DNA from: an uncultured delta proteobacterium
GTDB lineage: Bacteria; Desulfobacterota; RBG-13-43-22
Reading direction: 5' to 3'
Assembly: GCA_963843145.1 (NCBI GenBank)
Contig: CAWJJC010000021.1
Coordinates: 32,001-96,000, forward strand
Length of the DNA stretch: 64,000 nucleotides
Every line of letters begins with the position of its first letter. The stretch's first letter is position 1. A program made the translations under genes and the position numbers. A model generated the notes under the pieces. The model searched no databases, had not been told where the DNA came from, and worked only from the letters and a program-made list of their open reading frames with translations. Shown one piece after another: positions 20,153 to 32,868 of this stretch.

Positions 20153-21409
20153 GTGAGGAGGAAGGTCTTGAAAAAACGCGTAGTGGTAACCGGTCTGGGA
20201 CTGGTAACTCCGGTGGGAATCGGGGTGCAGGAGAGCTGGGAAGCACTCTGCCGGGGGAAATCCGGGATCGGGCCGATTACCCGTTTTGACGCCGGCGGTT
20301 TTAAAACCCGGATCGCGGGCGAGGTCAAGGGGTTTAAACCCGAAGACTTTGTTCCCCAGAAGATGATCAGGCGGTTGGATGTCTTTATCCACTACGCCCT
20401 GGCGGCCGCCCGCATGGCGAAGGAACAGTCCCGCTTGCGGATCACCCCGGAATTGGCCCCTTGGGTCGGGGTAATCACCGGCAGCGGGCTGGGGGGGTTG
20501 CGGACCATCGAGGAAACCCATAAGACCCTGCTTTCCAGGGGTCCGGATCGGATCAGTCCGTTTTTTATTCCCATGATCATCGCCAACATGGCCCCCGGTC
20601 AAATCGCTATCGAATTCGGGGCCAAAGGCCCCAATCTTTCACTGGAGACGGCTTGCGCCGCCGGGGCCCATGCCATTGGGGATTCTTTCAAATTGATTCA
20701 GCGCGGGGCGGCCAAGGTGATGTTCTGCGGGGGGGTGGAATCGGTTATCACCCCCTTGGCGGTGGGCGGGTTCAATGCCATGAGGGCCCTTTCCACCCGG
20801 AACGACGAACCGGAAAAGGCCTCCCGTCCTTTCGATCGGGACCGGGACGGGTTTGTCATGGGCGAAGGCAGCGGCATCTTGCTGCTGGAGGACCTGGACT
20901 TTGCCCTGGAACGAGGGGCTTTGATCCTGAGCGAAATTGTGGGCTATGGATTGACCGGGGACGCCTATCACATGACGGCCCCTTCACCGGATGGAGACGG
21001 GGCCATTCGCTGCATGCAGATGGCCCTGAGTGACGCCGGATTGGCTCCGCAGGAAATTCAATACATCAATGCCCACGGCACCTCCACCGAGTTGAATGAC
21101 GCCGCCGAGACCAAGGCCATCAAGGCCGTCTTCCGGGAGCACAGCCGTCGAGTGGCGGTCAGTTCGACCAAGTCCATGACCGGTCACCTCCTGGGGGGCG
21201 CGGGCGGCGTGGAGGCGGCAATATCGGTCCTGGCCCTGGTGAACGGGATGATCCCGCCAACAATCAACTATGAAACTCCGGATCCGGATTGCGACCTGGA
21301 TTATGTCCCCAACCAGGTCCGGAAGGCGGATCTCTCCTGTGTCCTTTCCAACTCTTTTGGCTTCGGAGGGACCAACGCCGTGTTGATATTTAAAAAGTAT
21401 GTGCCCTAA
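20153..21409 (+). CDS. fabF: Beta-ketoacyl-ACP synthase II
   Basis: [39 protein letters not shown]. Confidence 0.97.
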   Translation: MRRKVLKKRVVVTGLGLVTPVGIGVQESWEALCRGKSGIGPITRFDAGGFKTRIAGEVKGFKPEDFVPQKMIRRLDVFIHYALAAARMAKEQSRLRITPELAPWVGVITGSGLGGLRTIEETHKTLLSRGPDRISPFFIPMIIANMAPGQIAIEFGAKGPNLSLETACAAGAHAIGDSFKLIQRGAAKVMFCGGVESVITPLAVGGFNAMRALSTRNDEPEKASRPFDRDRDGFVMGEGSGILLLEDLDFALERGALILSEIVGYGLTGDAYHMTAPSPDGDGAIRCMQMALSDAGLAPQEIQYINAHGTSTELNDAAETKAIKAVFREHSRRVAVSSTKSMTGHLLGGAGGVEAAISVLALVNGMIPPTINYETPDPDCDLDYVPNQVRKADLSCVLSNSFGFGGTNAVLIFKKYVP

Positions 21410-21866
21410 AAAAAGAAAAATCGACCTGATCCTCGGCGCCGATCACGGGGGAGTGGCCTTAAAGGAAATATTGCTACCTTACTTGACGACCCGGGGAATC
21501 CCTTGGGAGGATGTCGGGACTTTTGGGACCGAGTCGGTGGACTACCCGGATCTGGCCGGAAAAGTGGCCCAGGCTGTTTCTCGGGGGAAAGTCCCCCGGG
21601 GAATCCTGATCTGTGGGACCGGGATCGGGATGGCCATCACCGCCAATCGCTTTCCCAAGGTGCGGGCGGCGGTCTGTAACGACCTTTTTTCGGCCAAAAT
21701 GGCCCGGGCCCATAATGATGCCAATATCTTGGCCTTGGGCGGACGAATGATCGGACCGGGGCTGGCCCTGGAAATCGTGGAGACTTTTCTAAACACACCC
21801 TTTGAGAGGGGCCGTCACTTGAGAAGGATCCGAAAACTGGAGGTGGGTTGCTCGTGGGGGAAGTGA
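21399..21866 (+). CDS. rpiB: Ribose 5-phosphate isomerase B
   Basis: GADHGG, VDYPD, ICGTGIG, HNDAN, GRHLRR. Confidence 0.95.
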   Translation: MCPKKRKIDLILGADHGGVALKEILLPYLTTRGIPWEDVGTFGTESVDYPDLAGKVAQAVSRGKVPRGILICGTGIGMAITANRFPKVRAAVCNDLFSAKMARAHNDANILALGGRMIGPGLALEIVETFLNTPFERGRHLRRIRKLEVGCSWGK

Positions 21867-23122
21867 GGAAAGGCAAAGGGCCGGCGCTGGCACAGGTGGA
21901 TCCTGAAGTCGCCCGGGCCATTCGCGGTGAGTTGAAAAGACAGAGCGAGAGGCTGGAATTAATCGCTTCGGAAAATTTTACCAGCCGGGCAGTGATGGAG
22001 GCCCAAGCCAGCGTGTTGACCAATAAATACGCCGAAGGGTATCCGGGAAAACGGTATTATGGGGGCTGTGAATTCGTCGATCAGGTGGAAATCCTGGCCA
22101 TTGATCGGGCCCGAAGGCTTTTCCAGGCAGACTATGTCAATGTGCAACCCCATTCCGGATCTCAGGCCAATATGGCCATCTTATTTTCAGCCCTGGAACC
22201 CGGGGATACCATTTTGGGCATGGATCTGGCCCACGGCGGGCATCTGACCCACGGCAGCCCGGTAAGTTTTTCCGGGCGGTTTTTTAAAGTCCGCTCCTAC
22301 GGGGTGGACCGTCAGACCCAGCGGATCGATTACGGTCAGGTGGCCGATCTGGCCGGAAGCTGTCGTCCCAAGCTGATTATTGCCGGGGCCAGCGCCTATT
22401 CCCGAATCATCGACTTTGCCGCCTTTGCCCAAATCGCGCGAGAAGTCGGGGCCTTCCTGATGGTCGATATGGCCCATATCGCCGGGTTGGTGGCCGCCGA
22501 AGTTCACCCTTCCCCGGTGCCTTATGCCGACTTCGTCACCTCCACCACCCACAAGACGCTGCGTGGCCCCAGAGGCGGGCTGATTCTGGCCAAGGAAAAA
22601 TACGGCAAACTTTTGAACAGCCAGATTTTTCCGGGGATTCAGGGGGGCCCGATGATGCACACCATCGCCGCCAAGGCCGTGTCTTTTAAGGAGGCCTTAA
22701 CTCCGGAGTTCAAGGTCTATCAGCAGCAGGTAATTCGCAACGCCCAAAAATTGGCGGCTGAACTCATTAGCCGTGGATATAAACTGGTGGCCGACGGAAC
22801 GGACAATCACCTGATGCTGGTGGATTTGAGCACCAAGGATCTGACCGGGCTGGAAGCGGAAAAGGCCCTGGAAGCGGCCGGGATTACCGTGAATAAGAAT
22901 AGTATTCCCTTTGAGACCAAAAGCCCCCGGATCACCAGCGGGGTGCGCATCGGGACCCCGGCCGTCACCACCCGGGGGATGAAGGAGCCCGAAATGGGAC
23001 GCCTGGCGGAATTCATAGATCGGGCCTTGGCGCCGACGGCAAATAGCAAAGCGCTCCAGACTATTCGGGAAGAGGTTCGAAAATTCAGCCGGGGATTCCC
23101 GCTGTTTCCTCAAATCGGCTGA
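21848..23122 (+). CDS. glyA: Serine hydroxymethyltransferase
   Basis: [34 protein letters not shown]. Confidence 0.97.
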   Translation: MLVGEVRKGKGPALAQVDPEVARAIRGELKRQSERLELIASENFTSRAVMEAQASVLTNKYAEGYPGKRYYGGCEFVDQVEILAIDRARRLFQADYVNVQPHSGSQANMAILFSALEPGDTILGMDLAHGGHLTHGSPVSFSGRFFKVRSYGVDRQTQRIDYGQVADLAGSCRPKLIIAGASAYSRIIDFAAFAQIAREVGAFLMVDMAHIAGLVAAEVHPSPVPYADFVTSTTHKTLRGPRGGLILAKEKYGKLLNSQIFPGIQGGPMMHTIAAKAVSFKEALTPEFKVYQQQVIRNAQKLAAELISRGYKLVADGTDNHLMLVDLSTKDLTGLEAEKALEAAGITVNKNSIPFETKSPRITSGVRIGTPAVTTRGMKEPEMGRLAEFIDRALAPTANSKALQTIREEVRKFSRGFPLFPQIG

Positions 23123-23125
23123 CCG

Positions 23126-23581
23126 ATGAATGCCGTGGGGCGACCTACCTGGATTGAGTATTTTATGGATATCGCCGACCTGGTAGCCAAGCGATCCACT
23201 TGCCTGCGCAGGCGGGTGGGGGCCGTGGCGGTCAAGGAAAAAAGGATTCTGGCCACCGGGTACAACGGAGTGCCGTCCGGGATTCCCCATTGTCTGGATG
23301 TCGGTTGCCTGAGGGAACAGGAAGGAATACCCTCGGGGGAACGGCATGAGCTTTGCCGGGGGATTCATGCCGAGCAGAACGTGATCATCCAGGCGGCCTA
23401 TTCCGGGGTAGCGATCCAGGGGGCCTCGCTGTACTGCACCAACCTGCCTTGCCTTATCTGTTCCAAGATGCTGATCAATGCCGGGATTCGGGAAATATTT
23501 TATCGGCAAGGGTACGCGGATCGTCTCTCCGAGGATATGCTCGAGACCGCTCGGGTGCCTTTAATCCAGATTACCCGGTAA
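23126..23581 (+). CDS. Cytidine/deoxycytidylate deaminase (ComEB-like)
   Basis: [26 protein letters not shown]. Confidence 0.92.
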   Translation: MNAVGRPTWIEYFMDIADLVAKRSTCLRRRVGAVAVKEKRILATGYNGVPSGIPHCLDVGCLREQEGIPSGERHELCRGIHAEQNVIIQAAYSGVAIQGASLYCTNLPCLICSKMLINAGIREIFYRQGYADRLSEDMLETARVPLIQITR

Positions 23582-23620
23582 GAAATCCGGCCGGAACTTG
23601 CGGACGGAAAAAGGGTTGTC

Positions 23621-24121
23621 ATGAAATGTCCCTATTGCAGTTCGTTCAATAATAAAGTGGTGGATTCCCGGTTGAGCAAGGAAGGGCTGCTGATCCGCCG
23701 GCGAAGGGAATGCGACGATTGTCAAAAACGTTTTACCACTTATGAAAAAGTGGAGGAGATCAACCCGGTGGTCATCAAGAAAGACGGCCGTCGGGAACCC
23801 TACGACCGGGACAAGGTGGCCGAAGGGATCCACCGGGCCTGTCGCAAGCGGCCCATCAGCGTGGAGGACATTGAAGCTTTTCTGGATACCCTGGAACAAG
23901 CGCTGCAGGAGTCAGGACGGAAGGAGATCTCCTGCTCGGAGATCGGAGAAAGGGTCATGGCCCAGCTCCATGAATGGGATGATGTGGCCTATGTCCGCTT
24001 TGCCTCGGTTTACCGGCAATTCCAGGATACCAGCGATTTCATGCAGGAACTGAAAGACCTTTTGGAGAGCAAAAAGCGGGGGAAAAAGGTCGGTAAGGGC
24101 AGGAAAGCGGACGGCCAGTGA
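23621..24121 (+). CDS. nrdR: Transcriptional repressor NrdR
   Basis: MKCPYC, RRRREC..C..RFTTYE, ATP cone, [10 protein letters not shown]. Confidence 0.96.
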   Translation: MKCPYCSSFNNKVVDSRLSKEGLLIRRRRECDDCQKRFTTYEKVEEINPVVIKKDGRREPYDRDKVAEGIHRACRKRPISVEDIEAFLDTLEQALQESGRKEISCSEIGERVMAQLHEWDDVAYVRFASVYRQFQDTSDFMQELKDLLESKKRGKKVGKGRKADGQ

Positions 24122-25224
24122 CCAGGAAACCCGAAGAGTCCAGCGCCTATCTGCGGCTGGCCTTGCGTTTGGCCCGCAAAGGATCGGGCCGGACTTCGCC
24201 GAATCCCCTGGTGGGGGCGGTAGTGGTCCGGGGCGGCCAGGTGGTCGGGGCGGGATATCACCAAAAAGCGGGAGGCCCCCATGCCGAACGAATCGCCTTG
24301 GCGCAGGCCGGCCTAAAGGCCCGTGGGTCCACTTTGTACGTGAACCTGGAACCCTGCAACCATACGGGGCGCACCCCTCCCTGCACCGAAGCCATCCTGG
24401 AAAGCGGCGTCAAGAAAGTGGTTTTCGGGATGGAGGATCCCAACCCGCGGGTCGCCGGCGGCGGCGGCGCTTATCTGCGGTCCCGGGGAATTGAGGTGGC
24501 GGGTGGGCTCCTGGAAAGGGAATGCCGGGCCCTTAATGAAGTTTACGTGAAGTGGGTGACCACCGGCTTCCCTTTTGTCACCTTAAAAGCCGCCCTGAGC
24601 CTGGACGGAAAGATTGCCACCCGAAGTGGTGATTCCCAGTGGATCAGTAATGAACTGTCCCGGGCCAAGGTACACCGGCTTCGGAGCCGGGTGGATGGAA
24701 TCCTGGTGGGCAGCGGAACGGTCCTGGCCGACGACCCGCTCCTGACTCCCAGGCATTCTCGAAAAATTGTCCGGACCCCGTTAAGGGTGATTGTGGACCC
24801 GCACCTGAAAACCCCCCTGCCGGCCAGGTTGTTTTCAGACCCGGGACCGGTGCTGATTGCCGCCGCTGAAGGCGCGCCGAAAAAGAAGGCGGCCGCCCTG
24901 GAGCGAAAAGGAGTCAACCTTCTATTCCTTCCGGCTCGGGGAGGACGGTTCGACCTGGAGGCCTTGCTGGGCTATTTGGGGCGGAAAGAGGTCACCGATC
25001 TTCTGGTGGAGGGCGGAGCAGAGATATTCGGTTCATTTCTCAGCGAGGGACTGGCCGATCGGATCTGGCTGTTTTACGCCCCGATACTCATCGGCGGCCA
25101 ATCGGCCAAGGGAATGATCGGGGGGCGCGGGGTGGCCACGGTGGCCGAGGCTTCAAAATTTGAACGCCTGAAGTGGCAGTCTCTGGGTAGTGATTTTTTT
25201 GTGGAAGGCTATCTCCAGAAATGA
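24118..25224 (+). CDS. ribD: Riboflavin biosynthesis deaminase/reductase
   Basis: [36 protein letters not shown]. Confidence 0.96.
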   Translation: MTRKPEESSAYLRLALRLARKGSGRTSPNPLVGAVVVRGGQVVGAGYHQKAGGPHAERIALAQAGLKARGSTLYVNLEPCNHTGRTPPCTEAILESGVKKVVFGMEDPNPRVAGGGGAYLRSRGIEVAGGLLERECRALNEVYVKWVTTGFPFVTLKAALSLDGKIATRSGDSQWISNELSRAKVHRLRSRVDGILVGSGTVLADDPLLTPRHSRKIVRTPLRVIVDPHLKTPLPARLFSDPGPVLIAAAEGAPKKKAAALERKGVNLLFLPARGGRFDLEALLGYLGRKEVTDLLVEGGAEIFGSFLSEGLADRIWLFYAPILIGGQSAKGMIGGRGVATVAEASKFERLKWQSLGSDFFVEGYLQK

Positions 25225-25420
25225 AAAGGTGCTACTATTGTAGCAGGCGTTCACCCTTTTGGGTGGGTAGCCAGAAGAGAGGGTGGATTAACCTAGAACC
25301 GGGCCCCCATGGCCGACGGGTCTTGGCGAAAGGGTTTTCCAAAGGTACTCCGGACTTCGAATCCGGGCCTAATTTACTAATTTTATTAGTCATTAATCAA
25401 AGGACGCCAGGGGACAGACA

Positions 25421-26077
25421 GTGTTTACCGGATTGATTGAAGGGCGGGGGACGGTCGCGCGTCTGGAAAAAAATGGCCACAGCCTTCGTCTGTGGGTCAA
25501 GGCTGGATTTCCCTGGCCCGATCCCCGGGTGGGAGAGAGCATTGCGGTCAACGGGGTCTGCCTGACGGCCACCTCCTGGCAGGATGCGGTCTTTTCCGTG
25601 GATGTTTCCGAGGAAACCCTTTCCCGTTCCACCTTAAATCTGTTGAAGATCGGGGCCGGCGTAAATCTGGAGAGGGCCTTGAGGCTTTCCGACCGCCTGG
25701 GAGGCCATCTGGTTACGGGTCATGTGGACGGGTTGGGGGAGATCAGCCGCAGAGAAACCCGAGGAGATTTTTGGTGGATTCAGATCGCCTTTCCCGAAAA
25801 CTTGGGGCCCTTTATCGTCGAAAAAGGGTCCATTGCCGTGGAGGGGATTAGTTTAACGGTCAATAAGGTTTCCGGGCTCACTTTTGACTTGACGATTATC
25901 CCCCAGACGGCCGACCAGACGACCCTGCCGGCGAAAAAGGTGGGGGAGGCGGTTAACCTGGAAACCGACCTGGTCGGTAAATATGTCGTTCATCTTCTTG
26001 ACCGGACCCGATCGGCAGGAGCGAAGCCGGAATCAAAAATAAACGCGGAATTTTTAGCCCGGAACGGATTTTTATAA
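25421..26077 (+). CDS. ribE: Riboflavin synthase (alpha chain)
   Basis: [33 protein letters not shown]. Confidence 0.96.
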   Translation: MFTGLIEGRGTVARLEKNGHSLRLWVKAGFPWPDPRVGESIAVNGVCLTATSWQDAVFSVDVSEETLSRSTLNLLKIGAGVNLERALRLSDRLGGHLVTGHVDGLGEISRRETRGDFWWIQIAFPENLGPFIVEKGSIAVEGISLTVNKVSGLTFDLTIIPQTADQTTLPAKKVGEAVNLETDLVGKYVVHLLDRTRSAGAKPESKINAEFLARNGFL

Positions 26078-26114
26078 TAAATTTAAGGAATTTCTAAAAT
26101 AAGGAGCAGCGCGT

Positions 26115-27320
26115 ATGCCCATGGTAGCGATTGAAGAGGCATTGGAAGATATTAAAGCCGGGAGAATGGTCATCCTGGTGGATGACGAAGACCGGGAGAA
26201 TGAGGGGGACCTGACCATGGCCGCCGAGAAGGTCACCCCGGAGGCGATTAGTTTTATGGCCAAGTACGGGCGGGGTTTGATTTGCCTCTCCCTGACCCCG
26301 GAACGGATCGAGCAGTTGCAGTTGCCCATGATGGTACAAAACAATACCTCCCCGTTTAAAACGGCCTTTACTATTTCCATCGAGGCCCGGCGGGGTGTAA
26401 CCACCGGTATTTCAGCCCACGACCGGGCAACGACCATCCGGACGGCTATTGCCGAAGATACCCACCCGGAGGACCTAGTCAGTCCCGGTCATGTGTTCCC
26501 GTTGCGGGCCCGTAAGGGCGGGGTCTTGGTGCGTACCGGTCAAACGGAAGGGTCGGTGGACCTGGCCCGGATGGCCGGCTTAAAACCCTATGGGGTGATA
26601 TGTGAGATCATGAAGGATGACGGGACCATGGCTCGCCTTCCGGACCTGGAGATCTTCGCCCGGGAACACGGATTGAAAATTATTTCCATCCGGGACCTGA
26701 TTGAATACCGATTCCAGAACGAATCTTTCGTGCACCGGCGGGCGGAAACGGTTCTGCCCACGGCCTATGGGGCTTTTACGGCCATTGTCTATGAAAATGA
26801 CGTGGATGAACACCAGCATCTGGCCCTGGTAAAAGGGGAAATCAAATCGAAGGAGGAAATCCTGGTCCGGGTTCATTCCGAATGCCTGACCGGAGATGTC
26901 TTTAAATCGCTGCGCTGTGACTGCGGGGACCAGTTGATTTCCGCCCTGCAGCGGATTGAGGCAGAAGGCCGGGGGGTTCTTCTCTATATGCACCAGGAGG
27001 GCCGGGGGATCGGACTGGTCAATAAGCTGCGGGCCTATATGCTCCAGGATCAGGGAAAGGACACCGTGGAAGCCAATGAGGCCTTGGGGTTTAAGGCGGA
27101 CCTGCGCGATTACGGTATCGGGGCCCAGATCTTAGCCGATTTGGGAGTGCGCAAAATGCGCCTGATGACCAATAATCCCAAAAAAATAATCGGCCTGGAA
27201 GGCTACGGGATCCAGGTAACCGAACGGGTGCCGATCGAGGTCTTTCCCCAAAAAGAGAATATCAACTACTTGAAAACCAAATGCGAAAAAATGGGGCATC
27301 TGCTAAATTTGCCCCTCTGA
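26115..27320 (+). CDS. ribBA: DHBP synthase / GTP cyclohydrolase II
   Basis: [36 protein letters not shown]. Confidence 0.97.
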   Translation: MPMVAIEEALEDIKAGRMVILVDDEDRENEGDLTMAAEKVTPEAISFMAKYGRGLICLSLTPERIEQLQLPMMVQNNTSPFKTAFTISIEARRGVTTGISAHDRATTIRTAIAEDTHPEDLVSPGHVFPLRARKGGVLVRTGQTEGSVDLARMAGLKPYGVICEIMKDDGTMARLPDLEIFAREHGLKIISIRDLIEYRFQNESFVHRRAETVLPTAYGAFTAIVYENDVDEHQHLALVKGEIKSKEEILVRVHSECLTGDVFKSLRCDCGDQLISALQRIEAEGRGVLLYMHQEGRGIGLVNKLRAYMLQDQGKDTVEANEALGFKADLRDYGIGAQILADLGVRKMRLMTNNPKKIIGLEGYGIQVTERVPIEVFPQKENINYLKTKCEKMGHLLNLPL

Positions 27321-27334
27321 ACAAGAGGACCTAT

Positions 27335-27462
27335 AAATTCGAAATTCGAAGCACGAAATCGACTCGGCTGAGCCTTTCGGTAAACTCAAGGCCCTGAGCT
27401 TGTCGAAGGGCTCGTCGCAGGCCGAAACAAGCACGAAGGTTCAAAATCCGAATTCGGATTTG
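27335..27462. repeat. Truncated heptamer hairpin repeat with the same 62-bp nested insert (27361-27422)
   Basis: Identical to the 16723-16813 copy over about 90 bp. Confidence 0.8.
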
Positions 27463-27486
27463 AATCCAGGTAATCGGGAGGGGAAC

Positions 27487-27957
27487 ATGACCAAAGTCTA
27501 TGAGGGAAAACTGCAGGCGGAAGGGATGAAGTTCGCTTTAGTGGTCAGCCGCTTTAATGATTTTATCAGTGATCATCTGCAGGGAGGGGCACTGGATGCC
27601 CTGATCCGCAACGGGGCCCGAGGGGAGGATGTGGACGTTTTTAAAGTCCCCGGGGCCTACGAGATCCCTTTCCTGGCCAAGAAAATCGCCCTGCTCAACA
27701 AATACGACGCCGTGATCTGCCTGGGGGCGGTGATCCGGGGGGCTACGCCCCATTTTGAATATGTCAGCGCTGAAGTATCCAAGGGGGTGGCCAATGCCTC
27801 CCTGGAAACCGGGGTGCCGATGGTCTTCGGCGTGATCACGGCCGATACCTTGGAACAGGCCATTGAACGGGCCGGATCCAAGGCCGGCAATAAAGGTTGG
27901 AGCGCGGCCCTAGCGGGGATTGAGATGGTCGATCTCCTTCGTCGGCTGAACGATTAG
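27487..27957 (+). CDS. ribH: 6,7-dimethyl-8-ribityllumazine synthase
   Basis: [25 protein letters not shown]; ATG at 27487 after GGAGGGG. Confidence 0.96.
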   Translation: MTKVYEGKLQAEGMKFALVVSRFNDFISDHLQGGALDALIRNGARGEDVDVFKVPGAYEIPFLAKKIALLNKYDAVICLGAVIRGATPHFEYVSAEVSKGVANASLETGVPMVFGVITADTLEQAIERAGSKAGNKGWSAALAGIEMVDLLRRLND

Positions 27958-27994
27958 CCTTTTATAGAAAACCCCGAAGACTTCTTCCGACGTT

Positions 27995-28525
27995 ATGGCC
28001 AGTCGACGGCAATCCAGGGAATCGGCCATTCAGGCCCTTTACCAACTGGACTTAAATCCCGGGGACTTTCAACAGGGGTTGATGCTTTTCGAGAAAAATT
28101 ATCCTCCCCAGGAGGACGGCTATCCCTTCTTCCGAAAATTGGTTCAAGGGGTTTGTGAAGAAAAGAAAGCCATTGATCTACTGATTCGGCGTCATTCTCA
28201 GCATTGGCGGTTGGAGAGGATGTCTCCGGTGGATCGCAATATCCTGCGGTTGGCCGTCTATGAACTGCGGTTCGGCGGTGAGACGCCTCCCAAGTCCGCC
28301 ATCAATGAAGCCATCGATTTGGGAAAACGATACGGAAGCGAAGAATCCAGCGCTTTTATCAACGGGATACTGGATAGTATCTTAGCCGAGATCCAAACGC
28401 CGGTCGCAGAGGCCGGAGGCCCGGAAGGACCAGCCCCAAAGAGGGACAAGGCACCGCCTTCGGCCTCCGGGGAGGCGAAGGGAAAACCGAGGGGGAGTGG
28501 GAGTGGTCATAAAAAACAAATATAA
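27995..28525 (+). CDS. nusB: Transcription antitermination factor NusB
   Basis: RRQSRE, WRLERM..VDRNILR, INEAIDL, FINGILD. Confidence 0.94.
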   Translation: MASRRQSRESAIQALYQLDLNPGDFQQGLMLFEKNYPPQEDGYPFFRKLVQGVCEEKKAIDLLIRRHSQHWRLERMSPVDRNILRLAVYELRFGGETPPKSAINEAIDLGKRYGSEESSAFINGILDSILAEIQTPVAEAGGPEGPAPKRDKAPPSASGEAKGKPRGSGSGHKKQI

Positions 28526-31001
28526 TCCGGAAGCGATTGAAACCAAGTGGCAGGTCCGCTGGGGAAAGGAAAAACCCTACCGGGCCCGGGAAGCGCCGGA
28601 TCGGGAGAAATATTATCTCCTGGAAATGTTTCCCTATCCCTCCGGAAAGATCCACATGGGGCATGTGCGCAACTACTCCATCGGAGACGTAGTGGCCCGT
28701 TATAAAAGGATGCGGGGCTTTAACGTCCTCCATCCCATGGGCTGGGATGCCTTCGGAATGCCGGCAGAAAATGCGGCCCTGGCCCGCGGCATTCATCCGG
28801 CCCGCTGGACCTACGACAATATTGCCGCCATGCGGGTTCAACTGAAACGCTTGGGTTTCAGTTACGACTGGGACCGGGAGCTGGCCACCTGTGACCCCTC
28901 CTATTACCGCTGGGAACAGCTTTTTTTCCTCAAGATGTGGGAACGCGGGCTGGTGGTTCGAAAAAAATCGCAGGTCAACTGGTGCGACCACTGCCAAACG
29001 GTATTAGCCAACGAGCAAGTGGTGGGCGACGGCCGCTGCTGGCGCTGCGACCAGACTGTGGGCTCCAAAGAACTGGAACAGTGGTTTTTTCGGATCACCC
29101 GGTATGCCGATGAGCTGTTGGAGGGCTGTGCCGCCCTTTCCGGTTGGCCGGAAAAGGTCCTGGTCATGCAGCGCAACTGGATCGGCAGGAGCGAGGGGGC
29201 GGAAATCGATTTTCCATTGGAAAAGGGGCCGGGAGTCCTGTCGGTCTTTACCACCCGTCCCGACACCTTGTTCGGCGCCACCTTTATGAGCCTGGCGCCG
29301 GAACATCCCCTGGTCCGGGAATTGATCCGGGGCACGTCACAGGAAAACCAGGTCCAGGATTTTATTCGGAAGGTGCAGGCCCAGGATCCGTCCCAGCGAC
29401 TGGAAGCGGACCTGGTCAAGGAAGGCATCTTTACCGGGGCCTATTGTCTCCATCCGCTGACCGGGGAGCGGATGCCCATTTATGCGGCCAATTTCGTGGT
29501 CTGGGGTTACGGAACCGGAGCGGTTATGGCGGTCCCCACCCATGACCAGCGGGATTTTGAATTTGCCCGCCAATACGGGCTTCCTCTCCGGGTAGTGGTC
29601 CAGCCGCCAGAAGCGCCTCCGTTGACGCCGGAGTCTATGACCGAGGCCTATGAAGGGCCCGGGCATCTGGTCCATTCCGGACCCTTCAACGGCCTGGAGA
29701 ACGAGGTCGGCAAAGAAGCCATTACCCGGCATCTGGAAAAATTGGGGCAGGGGCGGAAAAAAGTCCAATACCGGCTGCGGGACTGGGGGGTATCCCGTCA
29801 GCGTTACTGGGGGGCGCCGATCCCGATGGTCTATTGTCAGCAATGCGGCATCGTTCCGGTGCCCGAGACGGAGCTGCCGGTGGTGTTGCCCCTGGAGGCC
29901 CAAATTCCGCCCAGCGGAGGATCGCCTTTGCCGCTGCTTCCGGAATTTGTCCAGACCCGTTGTCCGAAATGCCAAGGTCCGGGAAGACGGGAGACCGATA
30001 CCATGGACACTTTTGTGGAATCCTCCTGGTATTTTGAGCGGTATACCTGTCCGGACTTCGATCAGGGGCCATTGGATCCGAAAAGGGTCCGCTATTGGAT
30101 GCCCGTGGATCAATACATCGGGGGTATCGAGCACGCCGTCCTGCACCTCCTCTATTCCCGTTTTTTTACCCGAGTGCTCCGGGATCTGGGCTGGGTAACG
30201 GTCAGTGAACCCTTTACCAATCTCCTCACCCAGGGGATGGTGATCAAGGACGGTTCCAAGATGTCCAAATCCAAGGGCAATGTGGTTGATCCCGATGCCC
30301 TGATTCGCCAATACGGGGCCGATACGGTCCGTCTTTTCTGCCTTTTCGCCGCACCGCCGGAAAGGGACTTGGACTGGAGCGATCAGGGAGTGGAAGGATC
30401 CTTTCGTTTTCTAAACCGGGTCTGGAATCTGATCCAGGAAGATCGGGAGCTTCTGGAAGGAGCGGGTGCTATCCCGGACGCGGCGGCCCTGGACGGAAAA
30501 AATCGAAGTCTGTACATCAAACTGAATCAAACCATTAAAAAAGTCACCGAGGATATCGAGGACCGTTTTCATTTTAATACGGCCATCAGCGCCATTATGG
30601 AATTGGTCAACGCCCTCTATCTGTTTCGGGGTGAAGGACTGCAGGATCCTCCGAGCCGGTCTGTTTTTTCTCAAGCCCTGAAAACCCTGCTGATCCTGCT
30701 GTCCCCCCTAGTCCCTCACCTGGCTGAAGAGCTTTGGGAGCTATTGGGCCAGGAGGGGCAGGCCCAGGGCCAGCCCTGGCCTGCCTGGGATCCCGGGGCC
30801 TTGACTGAAGAGGACCGGGTACTCGTGGTTCAAGTCAACGGGAAGGTTCGCAGCCGGCTGACCGTGAAGGTCAGCGCCGCGGAAGGGGAAATGATACGGC
30901 AGGCCCTGGAAGACCCCAGAATTCAGGAATGGCTCCAGGGGAAGGAAATCATCAAAACGGTGGTCGTTCAGAATAAACTGATCAATATCGTTATTCGTTA
31001 A
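28497..31001 (+). CDS. leuS: Leucyl-tRNA synthetase
   Basis: [26 protein letters not shown]. Confidence 0.97.
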   Translation: MGVVIKNKYNPEAIETKWQVRWGKEKPYRAREAPDREKYYLLEMFPYPSGKIHMGHVRNYSIGDVVARYKRMRGFNVLHPMGWDAFGMPAENAALARGIHPARWTYDNIAAMRVQLKRLGFSYDWDRELATCDPSYYRWEQLFFLKMWERGLVVRKKSQVNWCDHCQTVLANEQVVGDGRCWRCDQTVGSKELEQWFFRITRYADELLEGCAALSGWPEKVLVMQRNWIGRSEGAEIDFPLEKGPGVLSVFTTRPDTLFGATFMSLAPEHPLVRELIRGTSQENQVQDFIRKVQAQDPSQRLEADLVKEGIFTGAYCLHPLTGERMPIYAANFVVWGYGTGAVMAVPTHDQRDFEFARQYGLPLRVVVQPPEAPPLTPESMTEAYEGPGHLVHSGPFNGLENEVGKEAITRHLEKLGQGRKKVQYRLRDWGVSRQRYWGAPIPMVYCQQCGIVPVPETELPVVLPLEAQIPPSGGSPLPLLPEFVQTRCPKCQGPGRRETDTMDTFVESSWYFERYTCPDFDQGPLDPKRVRYWMPVDQYIGGIEHAVLHLLYSRFFTRVLRDLGWVTVSEPFTNLLTQGMVIKDGSKMSKSKGNVVDPDALIRQYGADTVRLFCLFAAPPERDLDWSDQGVEGSFRFLNRVWNLIQEDRELLEGAGAIPDAAALDGKNRSLYIKLNQTIKKVTEDIEDRFHFNTAISAIMELVNALYLFRGEGLQDPPSRSVFSQALKTLLILLSPLVPHLAEELWELLGQEGQAQGQPWPAWDPGALTEEDRVLVVQVNGKVRSRLTVKVSAAEGEMIRQALEDPRIQEWLQGKEIIKTVVVQNKLINIVIR

Positions 31002-31084
31002 TCAGGCCGGCTGGCAAACCCCAGGGGTTTAAGAAAAACGGATCGCCCGGAAAAGGTTCGCACCGTCCGGAAAGAAGGAAAAAG

Positions 31085-31615
31085 ATGAATAAAAAAATAG
31101 TCTTGAGGGTGCTCCTGCTGCTGGGACTTATGGCCTTGGGGTTGGTTAGCGGATGTGGGTATGGATTTCGGGGAGCGGTGAATAACCTGCCCCCCGATAT
31201 TAAGGGGGTTTATATCCCGGTTTTCGTCAACAATACCACCGAAGGGGGGGCCGAGGTCGTTTTTGCCAACGCCTTAATTTACGAATTCACCCGCGGCGGG
31301 GTTATAGGGGTGGTTCCGGAGGCCAACGCCCAGGGGATCATTTATGGAAGGATTAAATCGGCTACAGTGGATTCGGTGATTTACGCCAGTCAGACCCAGT
31401 CGGTGGACCGGAAGGTGACCGTGGTCCTGGAGGTCATTTTTCGGCGGGCGGACAACAAGAAAATCCTCTGGCAGAATCTGGATATGATCCGCTATGAGAA
31501 TTTCCGAGCAGGGGCGGATCCCAATCAGAACGATCGGAATCGGGAGGAAGCCCTGAGAAAGATTTCCAAGGACCTGGCGGAAAGAATTTATAGTGGAATT
31601 TTAGAAAATTTTTAG
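31085..31615 (+). CDS. lptE: LPS assembly lipoprotein LptE family
   Basis: Lipobox VSGC-GY; position after leuS. Confidence 0.8.
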   Translation: MNKKIVLRVLLLLGLMALGLVSGCGYGFRGAVNNLPPDIKGVYIPVFVNNTTEGGAEVVFANALIYEFTRGGVIGVVPEANAQGIIYGRIKSATVDSVIYASQTQSVDRKVTVVLEVIFRRADNKKILWQNLDMIRYENFRAGADPNQNDRNREEALRKISKDLAERIYSGILENF

Positions 31616-31679
31616 TCGCCGCCTCAGGAGACCACCGGTCATCCTTTCGCTGGATCAGGGAGCGGAGACCGGCGTTTTC

Positions 31680-31955
31680 TTACGCGGACGGGACGGAGTG
31701 TCGGTTCAGTTTTTTCGACAACCGGGATATCTTTCGCGAGGCCGTACGAGGGTGGACGACTCCTTTGGAGGCGGCTCGGTCGATTTGGGCCATGGCCTGG
31801 ATCAACGCCGGGCGGGCCGATTCAACGGTGCCGGTTTCCAAGACCTGATAAAATTTCTTAATGGTTGTTTTAACTAATGATTTTGTGCTCACGTTACGCA
31901 GGCGACGCGCCTGGGACTGCTTCACCCGTTTCAAGGCTGAGGGATGGTTGGCCAA
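31680..31955 (-). CDS. rpsT: 30S ribosomal protein S20
   Basis: ANHPSALKR...KGVVHPRTASRKISRL. Confidence 0.96.
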   Translation of the reverse strand: MANHPSALKRVKQSQARRLRNVSTKSLVKTTIKKFYQVLETGTVESARPALIQAMAQIDRAASKGVVHPRTASRKISRLSKKLNRHSVPSA

Positions 31956-32041
31956 AAGGTTCTCCTTTTTCTTGAAAAAAATTTAAAATAGGTATACTAT
32001 AGCTGTTTATTAAAAAAGTCAACGAATTTATTTGGCACGAT

Positions 32042-32117
32042 GGGGATGTAGCTCAGATGGGAGAGCGGTACGTTCGCAACGTACAGGCCGGGGGTTCGAT
32101 CCCCCCCATCTCCACCA
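32042..32117 (+). tRNA. tRNA-Ala (CGC)
   Basis: GGGGATGTAGCTCAG..., anticodon loop TTCGCAA, GTTCGAT T-loop, G3-U70 pair, CCA end. Confidence 0.95.
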
Positions 32118-32271
32118 ATTTTTTAGTTCGAAAATAAACAGCTCGGTTGACTAAACTGGTAATATTCATTAATAATTAATATTTTTATTTTCTTTCCTCA
32201 CGCGGGGCATGAATGTCTGGTACGGCTTCGTCCTGGAACCCCTTTCGCCGAAAGGGATGTAAGGTTGCAAA

Positions 32272-32868
32272 ATGCCCTCAAAACGGATCGGAAAAGTAAA
32301 CCGAGAGACGAAGGAAACCCAGATTCGCCTGGCCCTGCGGCTGGACGGAAGCGGTAAAAGCAGGATTCAAACCCCGATCCCTTTTTTGAATCATATGCTG
32401 GAGCTTTTGGCCCATCATGGCCGGATGGATTTGACCATCCTGGCCTCCGGGGATATTGAGGTGGGTTTTCATCATACGGTCGAGGACATCGGGCTTTGTT
32501 TGGGCGAAGCCCTGAATCAATGCTTCCATGATTTGGCGGGGGTGAATCGCTACGGGAGTGCCCTCTTGCCCATGGATGAGGCCCTGGTGCTGGTGGCCCT
32601 GGATATTTCCCGGCGTCCCCATTTGCACTATGGCTGGAAAACCAGGAAAATCCGGGTGGAAGGCTTTGATATCGGGCTCATCAAGGAGTTTTTTCAGGCC
32701 CTGGTTAATCGCGCCGGGGTGACCCTTCATATACAGGTGATCCACGGCGAGAACCTGCACCATATTATTGAAGCCATGTTTAAAGGGTTAGGCCGGGCCC
32801 TCCAGCAAGCCGGTCGCCGCCTGCCAGGGCGGCTACAAGTCGTCTCGACCAAGGGGATATTGGGATGA
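32272..32868 (+). CDS. hisB: Imidazoleglycerol-phosphate dehydratase
   Basis: RETKET, FLNHML, HHTVED, PMDEAL, NLHHIIEAMFK. Confidence 0.95.
   Translation: MPSKRIGKVNRETKETQIRLALRLDGSGKSRIQTPIPFLNHMLELLAHHGRMDLTILASGDIEVGFHHTVEDIGLCLGEALNQCFHDLAGVNRYGSALLPMDEALVLVALDISRRPHLHYGWKTRKIRVEGFDIGLIKEFFQALVNRAGVTLHIQVIHGENLHHIIEAMFKGLGRALQQAGRRLPGRLQVVSTKGILG

Noticed and set aside
25225-25420. FMN riboswitch in the rib operon
   Set aside because: Lacks the AGGGCGGGGUGAAAUUCCC...GGU core.
28395-28525. NusB C-terminal extension as an extra domain
   Set aside because: Short low-complexity Gly/Pro/Lys tail overlapping the leuS start region.
31005-31060. c-di-GMP-I riboswitch (GGCAAACC seen before lptE)
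   Set aside because: The GAAA tetraloop and GGGACGCAAAG elements are missing.
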